Counted from the first letter of the stretch, positions 10,256-20,770 are shown. The stretch: DNA of 64,000 bases from Nitrososphaeraceae archaeon (GCA_044870765.1 JBIOZG010000024.1:1-64000), one strand, 5' to 3'. Notes: a model not told the origin generated them from the letters alone. Program-made: numbers and translations.

Positions 10256-11659
10256 TTAAGACCAACCGAGTACTTCTGCAGATTTCTTGGCAGCATCATC
10301 TAATGCTTGTTTTGGTTCCTTTGCTCCAAGATAAACTTCGTCGATTGCCTGTCTTATGTTATCAGCAATTTGAGGATATTCAGCTATGCTGGGTCTGCTG
10401 TGCCCTAATGATAACAGTGAAATGAGTTCCTTGTAATATGGTATCGTATTAGCAAGCTGACCTGAATATTGACCTTCAGCTATCGGTTTCTGAGTTGGGA
10501 GATATGCGTATTTTTCCAACATAGGCGCAAGCACATCTGGCTGTACCATTATTGTGAGTAATTCCCATGAAAGTGCCTTATTTGAGGAAGTACTAGGTAT
10601 TCCGAGCATCCAGCCACCCATCATTGTCGCACTAGTGTCACCAGCTTTGGGAACTGGAAACATCGGAATCATGCCAACGTTTTTGTCAAGGGTATGCCAT
10701 TCAGTGTTATTGAAGTGTCCTAGTAACCATGAGCCTTCCAACATCACAGCAAATTTCTTGTCTGCAAACTCTTGGCCCCAGAAGTGGTTTATCTGAGGCT
10801 TAATTCCTGCATTTACTTGATCTCTCAAAAACTCGAGGGCTTTTACACCTTCTGTACTGTTGTAGGATGGAAACCAGTAGGTGCCTTTCTCTGGATGACC
10901 ACTTTTTTGTTTGACTATCTCACCACCCTGCATCCATAGATATGGATACCACATATCTGGAGAATGGCTGGCCCCTACAAGATGCATGGCCTCAATTCCT
11001 TTCCCTTTAGTCGAGTTTTCAATCTTCTTCGCTGCCTCAAGGTAGCCAGCCCATGTTTTAAGCGATTCAGGATTCACACTGCTTTGGTTTAAGAGATCCT
11101 TCCAATACCACATGGTCCTCACGTCTGTCCATGCCCAAATCCCGTATACTTTACCATTGTAGATACCGCCATCCCAATTAGTTTTATACCATTCAGAAGA
11201 TCGATTCCATGAATTTGTTAATTCAGTAAGATCAGATAGAAACCCACCTTCAGCAAATTCGCCAAGCCAGATCTGATCAACTGAAATGAGATCAATTGGT
11301 GTCTTTCCAGCCATTGCAGTTAGAATTTGTTTTCGCGTATCTGCATATGGTAACACACTATAATCAATGTTTATAGTCATGTCTGGATGTTTTTCTCTTA
11401 ATTTAGCCAAGGCATCAGCAAACAAAGAATCCCATCTTTCTTTTGGCTCTGCCACAATAGCTGTAATTGTAACTTGATTGGGTTGTTGCGCTTGAAGCAC
11501 TCTAAGGGGAGACAAGCTTGGTGTTATCAAAACAACTGCAACTAATGTCAAGATTAAAATTAATTTAAAATCTTTGCAGAAAAATTCATGAACTATATTT
11601 TTGCTAAATTTGATATTTCCTTCAGAAAAATCTCTTCCAACATGACCGGCTTTTCTCAT
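10256..11659 (-). CDS. Sugar ABC transporter extracellular solute-binding protein (family 1)
   Basis: N-terminal hydrophobic signal; D.IWLGEFAE.G.L, GKVYG and GGW motifs. Confidence 0.9.
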   Translation of the reverse strand: MRKAGHVGRDFSEGNIKFSKNIVHEFFCKDFKLILILTLVAVVLITPSLSPLRVLQAQQPNQVTITAIVAEPKERWDSLFADALAKLREKHPDMTINIDYSVLPYADTRKQILTAMAGKTPIDLISVDQIWLGEFAEGGFLSDLTELTNSWNRSSEWYKTNWDGGIYNGKVYGIWAWTDVRTMWYWKDLLNQSSVNPESLKTWAGYLEAAKKIENSTKGKGIEAMHLVGASHSPDMWYPYLWMQGGEIVKQKSGHPEKGTYWFPSYNSTEGVKALEFLRDQVNAGIKPQINHFWGQEFADKKFAVMLEGSWLLGHFNNTEWHTLDKNVGMIPMFPVPKAGDTSATMMGGWMLGIPSTSSNKALSWELLTIMVQPDVLAPMLEKYAYLPTQKPIAEGQYSGQLANTIPYYKELISLLSLGHSRPSIAEYPQIADNIRQAIDEVYLGAKEPKQALDDAAKKSAEVLGWS

Positions 11660-11881
11660 CAGTAATATCTAGAATGTGGTGCTTTTAAGTATTGACGATC
11701 CGTGAACGAGAGCCAAGTTCTCTTATATGCATTATTTGTCCTGAAATGCATTCTTGCGAGACTTAAAATTTCTCTTCTGCGTACTGTTGCTACCTACAAA
11801 GAGAAATATGAATGAGATTTTGTAAGAATTTTCTAGGCAACTGATTATCATACGTCCAGAGTGAACTAAAATTAATATGAT

Positions 11882-13045
11882 ATGCTAATAAAATCAATTC
11901 AAATAGAAGCGATTATTTTGACAACTCTCAGCATAAGAAATCTAACCAAAAAGTATGGACATTTCGCTGCACTGGAAAACTTTTCGCTCGAAATAAGCTC
12001 TGGCGAGTTTATGGTTCTACTTGGACCTTCAGGGTGTGGTAAGACAACCGTACTAAGATGTATCGCCGGTCTGACAGACATTACTAGTGGAGAGATCCAT
12101 ATTGGAGGAGAATTGGTGAACAAACTTCCCCCAAAAGACCGCGACGTAGCCATGGTATTTCAAAATTACTCACTTTATCCCCACATGAATGTCTATGATA
12201 ACATTGCCTTTCCATTGAAGATGAGAAAGGTACAAAAAAAACAGATAAATGATATGGTTCAAAAAATTGCTGATCTTCTAAACATAAGTAACTTACTCCA
12301 AAGAAAACCCAAAGAAATTAGTGGAGGCCAAATGCAAAGAGTGGCTCTTGGCAGGGCTTTGGTGAGACAGCCAAAAATCTTTTTGATGGACGAGCCACTT
12401 AGCAACCTTGATGCCAAATTACGTACTGAAATGAGAGTCGAGATAAAGAAATTGCAGAAAAAAGTAGGCGTAACTACACTTTACATAACACACGACCAAG
12501 CTGAAGCAATGAGCATGGCCGACCATGTAGGAATCATGAATTCGGGAAAAATGCTTCAACTTGATTCTCCACAAAAAGTATACAACGAGCCTGCCAATCA
12601 ATTTGTGGCAAGTTTCATGGGCGTTCCTCCCATGAATTTTCTAAAATTTAGAATAACGAAAGAAAAAAATTTGTTTCTTAAACTTGATGACGGCACTGCC
12701 GACAAAGATAATATTGAATTTATCATCAACAACCCTGATGTACTTTGCTCTAATATCGCCAATCTCGGCGAAGAAAAAATAATCCTAGGCATAAGACCAA
12801 AGGACATGATATTTTTAGAAACTGATGAAAAATTCGAAGGTTTAAGGCTGAAAGGCGAAATAACTTATGTTGAGTCGCTTGGTGACGAATCGATAGCAGA
12901 ATTAAGAATGGGACAATCGTCATTAAAGGTATCTAATGTTCTATCTAGAATGGATAATCTTATTGTTGGAAAAGAAGCTACGTTTGGTATAAAATATGAC
13001 AAGATAAACTTATTTTCCAGTTCTGGTGAGAGTATTCAAAAGTAA
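11882..13045 (+). CDS. Sugar ABC transporter ATP-binding protein (MalK/MsmX-like)
   Basis: GPSGCGKT, VFQNYSLYPHM, ISGGQ, MDEPLSNLDAKLR. Confidence 0.95.
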   Translation: MLIKSIQIEAIILTTLSIRNLTKKYGHFAALENFSLEISSGEFMVLLGPSGCGKTTVLRCIAGLTDITSGEIHIGGELVNKLPPKDRDVAMVFQNYSLYPHMNVYDNIAFPLKMRKVQKKQINDMVQKIADLLNISNLLQRKPKEISGGQMQRVALGRALVRQPKIFLMDEPLSNLDAKLRTEMRVEIKKLQKKVGVTTLYITHDQAEAMSMADHVGIMNSGKMLQLDSPQKVYNEPANQFVASFMGVPPMNFLKFRITKEKNLFLKLDDGTADKDNIEFIINNPDVLCSNIANLGEEKIILGIRPKDMIFLETDEKFEGLRLKGEITYVESLGDESIAELRMGQSSLKVSNVLSRMDNLIVGKEATFGIKYDKINLFSSSGESIQK

Positions 13046-13170
13046 TGTAGTTCTTAATCGTTATTTCCGCTTCACTACAACTGACGTTTAAATTTTTGTT
13101 ATTAATTTTGTTACTAAAATAAGAAATTCTTAAATGACAGATTAATGCGTATAATAATCTGCCAACTTCT

Positions 13171-13578
13171 ATGAACGTCTATAAAATTTCCGCAGTTACG
13201 TTATTAGTTAAAGATATGCAAAGATCTTGTAATTTTTATTCTAAGATTCCCGGCTTTAAACTGATTTACGGTGGATCTCATGATGAACCCTTTACCACGT
13301 ACGAAATCGGAAAAAATTCCAATGTTTATCTTAATCTGGAACAAGACAAGCTGACTAATATCCAAGATAGATATGTAAAAAATGATGCGAAAATTATTCT
13401 TAATACGGAGGACGTTGATAAACTGTATACTTATTTTAAAAATGATCAGAACATATCTAAATTAATATCATTTGAAAATGAGCCAATTGATGCGTCTTGG
13501 GGAGAGAGGTATTTCCACATACGGGATCCAGATGGTCACCTGCTTTCATTTGCAAAGACAATAAAAAATCGAAAATAA
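13171..13578 (+). CDS. VOC/glyoxalase family protein
   Basis: TLLVKDM.RS..FY and WGERYF.IRDPDGH motifs. Confidence 0.88.
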   Translation: MNVYKISAVTLLVKDMQRSCNFYSKIPGFKLIYGGSHDEPFTTYEIGKNSNVYLNLEQDKLTNIQDRYVKNDAKIILNTEDVDKLYTYFKNDQNISKLISFENEPIDASWGERYFHIRDPDGHLLSFAKTIKNRK

Positions 13579-13720
13579 AAAATTCAGAAACTCGACACAA
13601 TACGAACGTTACGTTACTAATCTACTATACTACTTGTTTTAAATAATATTTTCGGTCTTGGTTCAGTGCTTATAGTTTTTGTTAAACATATGTGAAACTA
13701 AATACAAGCGACGATGCGTA

Positions 13721-13909
13721 TTAATTAACGTGACTTTTTCTATACGGCCCTCGAGTTCTCTTTCGTGCCCTTTCAGCCTCTAATTTTCTTTTAATTAATT
13801 CGCCCTCCTCATCAAGCGAGTTTATATTAGAAGTTCCTTTTTGATTTTTCTTTGTATTAATTTCGTGATTTAGGATTTGAGCTCTATTGTTCTTACCCTT
13901 ACTTGTCAC
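13721..13909 (-). CDS. Small basic hypothetical protein
   Basis: 62 aa with a strongly basic C-terminus (RARKRTRGPYRKS). Confidence 0.6.
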   Translation of the reverse strand: MTSKGKNNRAQILNHEINTKKNQKGTSNINSLDEEGELIKRKLEAERARKRTRGPYRKSHVN

Positions 13910-14295
13910 ATTAGCGTATGTGTAAAATAGGATAATAGTGTTTCCAATCTACGGCAATAAAAATGTTGGACACTGCACCTGTTAGTTTATTACGTATGAT
14001 TACGTAAATACTAACATTATACTTTCTGGAGGACATAAAAAAATATTGGTAACTAGGTCAATAGTACGTAGAACAATGTCATTGCAATGGCATTACCACT
14101 GCCAATTGAAGCATACTTTATTTTTTCAGAATTTTTGGATAACTTTTCTCTGATTTTTTTAAATTTCGTTGCCACAACTTAACTTTGAAAAATGTATTAA
14201 AAAGGATTTTTCCAAATTCAATCCAAATTAGTACCATGATTTAGTAGACATGAACTCAGATTGAATCATTGGGTAAACAATTGGGCAATCTTTCC

Positions 14296-15693
14296 TCATA
14301 TTGTAACTGCCCCTCTTGAAATCACCTCTGAAAGTGCGGGATGTATGTGAACTGTTTTTGAGATATTATCAATACTTCCGTCACCGTTTTTCATTGCCAC
14401 AAGAACTTCATGAATGAGTATGGAAGCTTGACTTCCGATTATATGACATCCAAGAATTTTTCTGTTTTCTTTACTGACCAAAAATTTTACGAATCCCTCT
14501 CTTTCTTCTATCGCCTTCCCCATCGCAGTATCGATATAGCGGTAGATGGATTTATCGTATCCCTTTTTATTTGTCTTTTTCAAGTCTTGTTCTGTGTAGC
14601 CAACTCCCGCAACCTGAGGAGAGCTAAAAATTGCGTGCGGCATTGCGCTATAATCTACTTGAATTTTTTTCTTTTGATTGAATATATTGTAAAATGCGTA
14701 TTGAGCCTCCAAATTTGCACTATGCCTGAATTGGTACCTGCCGATTATATCACCCAATGCAAAGATACCTTCTACGTTGGTTGCAAGAGTTTTGTCAACT
14801 TTAATGAATCCATTTTCATCGACATCAACTCCTGTCCTTGTTAATTCAAGTGTATCGGAATTTGGAATACGCCCTGTTGCTATTAATAGTTGATCAGATT
14901 CAATTTCCAAAGTTTTATTAGAATCTGAACGCTTTGCAAGTACAACAAATTTGTCACCTTTCTTAGTTACTAGTTCGGCCGTACACATCAAATGTACGTT
15001 GTATTTCGTAGAGAAAATTTCAGTGAATTTTTTTGATATTTCCTCATCCTCATTTGGTATTAAAGATTTTCTCTTCTGGATAATGTTGATTACTGTTCCA
15101 AGAGATCCAAAGTAGTGCCCAAGCTCAGCCGCTATAAATCCCCCTCCTATTATGGTGAGGACGTGAGGCTGTCTGTCAAGACGAAGAGCTTGATCGCTGG
15201 TAAGGTAATTTGTTGTTTCCAAGCCCTTAATATGCGGTATGAATGGCCGGGTTCCTGCGGAAATTAGTATTTTGTTTGAATAAATTTTCTCCTTGCCTAT
15301 CAATAAAGTTTTTTCAGAAACAAACATGCACTCAGAAGTAAATAATTTTGGATTTTCAGAATTATCAAAAGAGTTTCTTATATCGCTTGAATCTGAATCT
15401 ATAAGATTATTTACTCTTTGGACTATTTTCTGAAAATCAATGGAATACTTTTCGACATGTATGCCGAACATATGAGCTGTCTTTATTGTCTCTACTATGT
15501 CTGCACTGTGTATTAGAAGCTTGGATGGAATACAACCTCTATTTAGACAAGTTCCGCCCATTTTGCTTTTTTCTACAATTGCAACTTTCAAGCCACTTTG
15601 TGCTGCTGCATGCGCAACTTCAAGCCCGGCCCCACTTCCAATAACTATGAGATCATATTTTTTGATATTATTTGATTTGGAACTGGATTTCAA
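14296..15693 (-). CDS. Class I pyridine nucleotide-disulfide oxidoreductase (dihydrolipoamide dehydrogenase / mycothione reductase-like)
   Basis: GSGAG, GGTCLNRGCIPSK redox pair, GGGFIAAE, HIHPALSE. Confidence 0.92.
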   Translation of the reverse strand: MKSSSKSNNIKKYDLIVIGSGAGLEVAHAAAQSGLKVAIVEKSKMGGTCLNRGCIPSKLLIHSADIVETIKTAHMFGIHVEKYSIDFQKIVQRVNNLIDSDSSDIRNSFDNSENPKLFTSECMFVSEKTLLIGKEKIYSNKILISAGTRPFIPHIKGLETTNYLTSDQALRLDRQPHVLTIIGGGFIAAELGHYFGSLGTVINIIQKRKSLIPNEDEEISKKFTEIFSTKYNVHLMCTAELVTKKGDKFVVLAKRSDSNKTLEIESDQLLIATGRIPNSDTLELTRTGVDVDENGFIKVDKTLATNVEGIFALGDIIGRYQFRHSANLEAQYAFYNIFNQKKKIQVDYSAMPHAIFSSPQVAGVGYTEQDLKKTNKKGYDKSIYRYIDTAMGKAIEEREGFVKFLVSKENRKILGCHIIGSQASILIHEVLVAMKNGDGSIDNISKTVHIHPALSEVISRGAVTI

Positions 15694-15867
15694 TCACAAG
15701 CTATACGACAAGATTGTATATATGATTTGAAAATTTTTGTTACTTGCTGGATCCATTAACAACATGAGATCATATTTTGACCTACGGACACAATCATGGA
15801 AGGTCGAAATTTACTTACAAAAATGAGAATAAGAAATAAAAAAAGGGCGCTGAAAAAAATAAAAAAT

Positions 15868-16386
15868 TTATGGTAATACGACGAGTTGTCCTTCCATGAC
15901 AGGTAGATGATATTTGCAATAAAATGGAAATACACCTACATTGTCTGCCGTAAATGTAGCATTACCACTTTCAGCAAATCCGACGTCAATGTTTACCGCA
16001 TATGGATCGCCTACTGTGAATGAATGTCTTTCCTCTTTGACGGGATCTACATTGTAGAAATTAACAGTCACTTTGTCGCCCTTGTTTGCAACAAGCGTAT
16101 TTACCGAGAACGCATCTCCTGCAACTTTAAGTTTCTCCTCATCAACACCCTCAATTTCACTAGTAAATATATAGAATGCTTTTTCTCCTGGTGTTGACAG
16201 TGACGGTATCTTGCCTCCACTAGACATCTTTGCATTCATCATAGCCATAGACGAAGTTTCATTTTTCGGGGCAGTTGCATTGTCCTGCCCAAATGTGACC
16301 ATCTGATTTGATGTTGTGTAGAAGCTGACTATCAAAAATGATAATGTAGCTGCTACAGTACAAACTAATGCCAATCTTGAATTCAT
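15868..16386 (-). CDS. Secreted/membrane-anchored cupredoxin (type-1 copper protein)
   Basis: Signal/TM segment, HSFT...FYCKYHLPVM copper ligands, Met-rich linker. Confidence 0.88.
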   Translation of the reverse strand: MNSRLALVCTVAATLSFLIVSFYTTSNQMVTFGQDNATAPKNETSSMAMMNAKMSSGGKIPSLSTPGEKAFYIFTSEIEGVDEEKLKVAGDAFSVNTLVANKGDKVTVNFYNVDPVKEERHSFTVGDPYAVNIDVGFAESGNATFTADNVGVFPFYCKYHLPVMEGQLVVLP

Positions 16387-16496
16387 TAAACTAGAATACT
16401 TAGACCCAGATACTTAAATGATCTTGTAAACAGAACCAAACGTCTTATTGAAGTGTATTATTCAAATTACGGAACTAGAAAAAGGATAAACTACTT

Positions 16497-16991
16497 TCAA
16501 ACCGATTTAATTATCCTCAACGGGAAAATTTCTGTTATCGTGCAAATTAGATTTCCATTGTGATAAAGCGAGTAAATTTTGGAGATGTGTGCTCTTGGGA
16601 CATATCCTATTTCAGTAATATTCTTGAAAATATCTAGCTTATGGTATAGAAGTATCTTACCGATGCCTATCTTACATTCACGAATTTGTGATAGTATTTT
16701 AGATGGTAAATATTTACAATATATTTTAGAATCAGCATACGCTAGAATCTTATTTGTTGAAGAATGTATAGTTGACTTGCGCGCAATAACACCCTTTTTT
16801 TCGATCTGCGAAATTACCCTCACTGTAGTTTCTGTTTTATTTATTATCTCTAAGAGTTGTTGAGTATTTCCTAAATCAACTAACATTATTCTTTGAACAA
16901 GATTAAATTTCTTATTTGCAATAGTTTCAAGCCTTGAAACATCCTTACTTGTTAATGACTGAAGACTGCTGATTCGATAGACACTATGCAT
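16497..16991 (-). CDS. Chorismate pyruvate-lyase-like (UbiC/DUF98-type) protein
   Basis: DLGNT..LLE, RKS.I, LAYADS, IGIGKIL and ITEIFP pattern of the UbiC/DUF98 fold. Confidence 0.65.
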   Translation of the reverse strand: MHSVYRISSLQSLTSKDVSRLETIANKKFNLVQRIMLVDLGNTQQLLEIINKTETTVRVISQIEKKGVIARKSTIHSSTNKILAYADSKIYCKYLPSKILSQIRECKIGIGKILLYHKLDIFKNITEIGYVPRAHISKIYSLYHNGNLICTITEIFPLRIIKSV

Positions 16992-17016
16992 GATGTTTTG
17001 GTAAGGAACTAGAAAA

Positions 17017-17727
17017 TTAAAAAGTGATCTGAAGGGCTCTGAGAATTAAGAATGCAACCGTAAATATTATTGTAGATGTACTGATGATTATTAATCGGAG
17101 TTCCATGCTTTTCGATTCAGATGGGTGAGTTTGCTTAACCACTTTATATTTTCGTGATAGTTTTATCTCGGTATAGGATATGAGAAAAGGCACTACGGAT
17201 ATCAATAATACTGTATACGACAGAGAATTTGTTTGCATGATATATCCGGCCAAAAGTGGCAAACTGCCCCACGATATTGCAAACCACATGTTATTATGAA
17301 AAAATCCATTCCAAAATTCATAGTTATAGGCAAATAGAAAGAAACCTTCCAAAATTGCTATAGGTAGTAATAATGGAACAAAAAAAATAATATAGTATAT
17401 ACCAATGCCATAGGCTATTACTAATCCGCTAATGAGCAAAATTAGCAATTCCAGATTAGAAAAATAATTTCCCCATGGTTTATTTTTTTTAGAACCTATA
17501 CTATCTGCAGCATGTGCGGAAATACCCAAAGCAGTAAAGTAAATCAGGATAATAGCGACTATCCTATCCCAATATATTGTTCCTGGTGAAAGTAAAGATC
17601 CGATTATTGAAAAAGAAATACACATTCCAGTATATGGAAGAAATAGCATTCCAACAAAAATCCTGAATTTCAGAGGACCAAATTTTGGAACATACCATTC
17701 GTTAAGACGGCTAACGTGTTCTTTCAC
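17017..17727 (-). CDS. Polytopic membrane protein, possibly UbiA prenyltransferase superfamily
   Basis: About 7-8 TM helices; LFLPYT, HAAD after the second helix, AYNYE..G.FH, WGSLP. GTG start overlaps the upstream TAG. Confidence 0.55.
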   Translation of the reverse strand: MKEHVSRLNEWYVPKFGPLKFRIFVGMLFLPYTGMCISFSIIGSLLSPGTIYWDRIVAIILIYFTALGISAHAADSIGSKKNKPWGNYFSNLELLILLISGLVIAYGIGIYYIIFFVPLLLPIAILEGFFLFAYNYEFWNGFFHNNMWFAISWGSLPLLAGYIMQTNSLSYTVLLISVVPFLISYTEIKLSRKYKVVKQTHPSESKSMELRLIIISTSTIIFTVAFLILRALQITF

Positions 17728-18404
17728 TACTTTATCGCCCTGACTATAGCAGCAGTACCATGAGTGTAATAATTTTTTGATATAGATCTAAACCCAATCA
17801 TATCAAGCTCTCTAACAAGATTGTTTACCCAAGGGTTTAGCTGAATTAATCTGTCAAGATTAGAAAACACATCCTGCCAGGAAGTAATTACTTTTCCAAG
17901 TTGATTCAAGATGCGGAAATATATATGCCACAAGATTCTTACCAGATTAGAATTAGGATATGTAAAGTCATGTACTATAATGATACCATCTTTTCTTAAA
18001 ACTCGCCAATGCTCCTTTACCATTGCAGCTAAATTTGTGTATTTAGCCAAATATGACGAGATTATGACATCAAAACTATCGTCTTTGTAAGGAAGAAATT
18101 CTGCCAGAGAATTGGTCAACAACACGTAGCTTTGTCTCTTTTTCGCTAGTCTTAGGTATTCAAATGTTAGATCAGATCCAATAATTTTTGAATTAGCAGT
18201 TCCATTTGGGATGAATGTTGAAAGAATACCTGTACCGCAAGCTAAATCAAGAATTATTTTATTTTTCCCACCAATAAAGCGTACCATCTCTTTCTTCCAA
18301 GCTGAATCTTTATAGAACGTCGTAAATCGAACAATACTATCGTAGCTTGACGCGTTCTTTGAAGAAAAAAATTTCCTTGCAATTAAGTGCCCATTTATCT
18401 CCAA
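17727..18404 (-). CDS. Class I SAM-dependent methyltransferase, UbiE/MenG-like
   Basis: YD....TF..D..WK, ILDLACGTG, LPY.D.SFD, RVLR.DG. Confidence 0.88.
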   Translation of the reverse strand: MEINGHLIARKFFSSKNASSYDSIVRFTTFYKDSAWKKEMVRFIGGKNKIILDLACGTGILSTFIPNGTANSKIIGSDLTFEYLRLAKKRQSYVLLTNSLAEFLPYKDDSFDVIISSYLAKYTNLAAMVKEHWRVLRKDGIIIVHDFTYPNSNLVRILWHIYFRILNQLGKVITSWQDVFSNLDRLIQLNPWVNNLVRELDMIGFRSISKNYYTHGTAAIVRAIK

Positions 18405-18940
18405 TATTGCATGATTTTTGCATACCGTTGAATATTAAATCTACGCATTCACAATATTCTCAATGCATACAAAGGACTAATTCTCTAGATTCTCTTTGAT
18501 GTGGACGATAACGATATTTGACAGGATTAACGGTGTACCCGGAATTTTTCCTGAATTTGATATTAAAGATTACTGTCATAACTAGAAAACTAAAAATTAA
18601 TCATCTATACGAAAAATAATCAATTTCTATTGCATTTGCATTATGTGATACGTTCATGCTATTTTGTGCAAACATTATCTCTATGGTGGTTGTAGTTGAA
18701 AGATCTTTGAAATGGACTCCATGTCAATTTAGCATATGCCTCAAATCCTAACGATATCCCTATTAGTAATAATGCTGCTTTATTGTTCTTGTATGTTATT
18801 CTTTACACTTGTAATGGCAATTCTGGATATTGACATTATAATAGATTTGCCCTCTACGAAACATTGGGCTAAAATAATAATATATTATATAACCCTTGAT
18901 ACAAATATTATTGATTCTTTTGACTCGAAATAATTTTCCC

Positions 18941-19249
18941 ATGAAAGATTGGCATATTAAACATATGGAAAACACAGTCATTAAGCATGTCAAGGGTCTG
19001 TCTCCTGACGCAACAAGGTATCAAAAAAAGATGCATTACAAATATGGAGGAATCGTAAAGATATTACGATATATCGAATATGATAAAAAACACGGCGTAA
19101 CCAATGACGATATAATTGCGATTTTGGAAAAACTCCGTTCAGATTCTTCGTATGAAGAGTTACGTAGTAATGAGGGATTCCTTGATAGATTAAAGGAAAT
19201 AGAATCGTCAGTTGCGAATACTCCTGCAACAAAGATTCTAACTAAATAA
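18941..19249 (+). CDS. Hypothetical protein (likely ATG start at 18941)
   Basis: Open frame with typical soluble composition (MKDWHIKHMENT...). Confidence 0.65.
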   Translation: MKDWHIKHMENTVIKHVKGLSPDATRYQKKMHYKYGGIVKILRYIEYDKKHGVTNDDIIAILEKLRSDSSYEELRSNEGFLDRLKEIESSVANTPATKILTK

Positions 19250-19262
19250 TCAATCCAGGCGC

Positions 19263-19451
19263 TTAGTATGAGTGATTTTCGACTTTATGCTCATGCAAAG
19301 CTTTCCATGTAGTAAATGAAGTGTTGCACTTTTCACAACTATACTTTATTTTTCTACCATAGACGAATTTGTTTATGTCGATTGACTCGTGGCCCTCCTT
19401 ATAGTCGTGTGACAAATTAAAGCGAAGAATTCTTCTGGATACTCTAACCAA
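19263..19451 (-). CDS. Small C2H2 zinc-finger protein
   Basis: CEKC..SF..WKALHEHKVENH. Confidence 0.8.
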   Translation of the reverse strand: MVRVSRRILRFNLSHDYKEGHESIDINKFVYGRKIKYSCEKCNTSFTTWKALHEHKVENHSY

Positions 19452-19607
19452 AGGCTACCGTTAATTGTTCATAAAAACAAACTAATTTAAACTGATCACA
19501 CAACAATATCGCTTTAGATTTCTTCAAAAAAATTCACAATTCGATAAATGATTAATTATCGACGATAATAATATAGCATGAGCTACTGTAACAAGTGCAG
19601 TAAAAAA

Positions 19608-20576
19608 TCAGAATCCCTTAATACCTTGTGCAACAAGTACGGAGTAACAGCCAAGTCCGCATTGTTCACATATTGGCTTTAATCCTTTTGCTTCAGAACT
19701 TCCTATGCAACAGGGTTGCTTAATTCTACCTTTGTGGTCCAAGGAAAGTATTGCCCATGTAGGACACTGGACTGGCACGGTGCCATTGCCGCCCCAATTT
19801 CCTTTCATCAGTGAAATTTGTTTCTCTGTATTTACAATATAATCAGGATCTTTTTTCTTAAGATTAATTATTCTATCTACAACATCATTTCTTGTTTCTC
19901 CAAAAGGTAACCATAGTGGATCATTCTTCATAAACGGAGTATGAAATTGGAATCCAATCTTGTTGATTTTTCCCTTCCATTCTTCAGCCAAATTGGTAAC
20001 TGTTTGATAATTCAATGAATTGATAGTCATAGTCAACCAAATATCCTTCCAAGCCGGTTTTCCTCTGCGAGGTGGTCCTGAAATATATTCTAAAATAGTA
20101 TCACGCGTCTTACTATAGGAACCCTGTCCTCTTATACTATCATGTACTTTTTCAGTCCCATCCAACGATACCCAGTAAAAATACAAGTTTTCAAACCTTT
20201 TTAGAGGAAATGTTCCATTGGTTACCACACAAACCCTGCCAGGCATTTCCTGGCAAAAAACTTCGATTACGTCGGGGCGCATTGTAGGTTCACCACCCAC
20301 TAGCGTGACACCAAAAAGGCGTTGTTTCTTGAATGTGTTTTTTATTATCGTTCTCCAATCTTCAGCGCTGAGTTCATTGTTTTCGTCTTCCCGGTTGAGC
20401 CACCAATAGCAATGTGTACAATGGAGATTGCATACATTGATGATGTCTGCAGAGCCATACAATGTCCTTTTTTTATGAAATAATTTGATATCAATGATGT
20501 TATGGAAAAATGTCATGTAAAGAGGAAATTCACGTACTAGATCGGTTATGCCCCGCCCATATACGAGATCAACCAT
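19608..20576 (-). CDS. Radical SAM protein with a Cys-rich C-terminal (twitch/SPASM-like) extension
   Basis: CNLHCTHC, GGEP, VTNG, SLDG...HD.IRG; C-terminal CP..PCC..CEQCGLGC. Confidence 0.92.
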   Translation of the reverse strand: MVDLVYGRGITDLVREFPLYMTFFHNIIDIKLFHKKRTLYGSADIINVCNLHCTHCYWWLNREDENNELSAEDWRTIIKNTFKKQRLFGVTLVGGEPTMRPDVIEVFCQEMPGRVCVVTNGTFPLKRFENLYFYWVSLDGTEKVHDSIRGQGSYSKTRDTILEYISGPPRRGKPAWKDIWLTMTINSLNYQTVTNLAEEWKGKINKIGFQFHTPFMKNDPLWLPFGETRNDVVDRIINLKKKDPDYIVNTEKQISLMKGNWGGNGTVPVQCPTWAILSLDHKGRIKQPCCIGSSEAKGLKPICEQCGLGCYSVLVAQGIKGF

Positions 20577-20770
20577 GTCTTCATATGTTAAATATGATAA
20601 TTAAAGGTATTGTGTATAATATGATATGCTGACAACCATTAGTTGAAGTATTCAGCTTTGAGTAACACTGAATATCAAATTAATAAGAGATATAGTGTCG
20701 TTGGCCCAACTGCAATTAATTTTTAGGAAAATCAAGAATTATATTGAGATAATCTATAAAGAAGTAAGAT

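Noticed and set aside
18405-18940. Short ORFs 18736-18933 (+), 18796-18993 (-) and a 39-aa minus-strand ORF near 18460-18579
   Set aside because: They have no motifs, overlap each other or the next gene, and cannot be distinguished from chance in AT-rich DNA.
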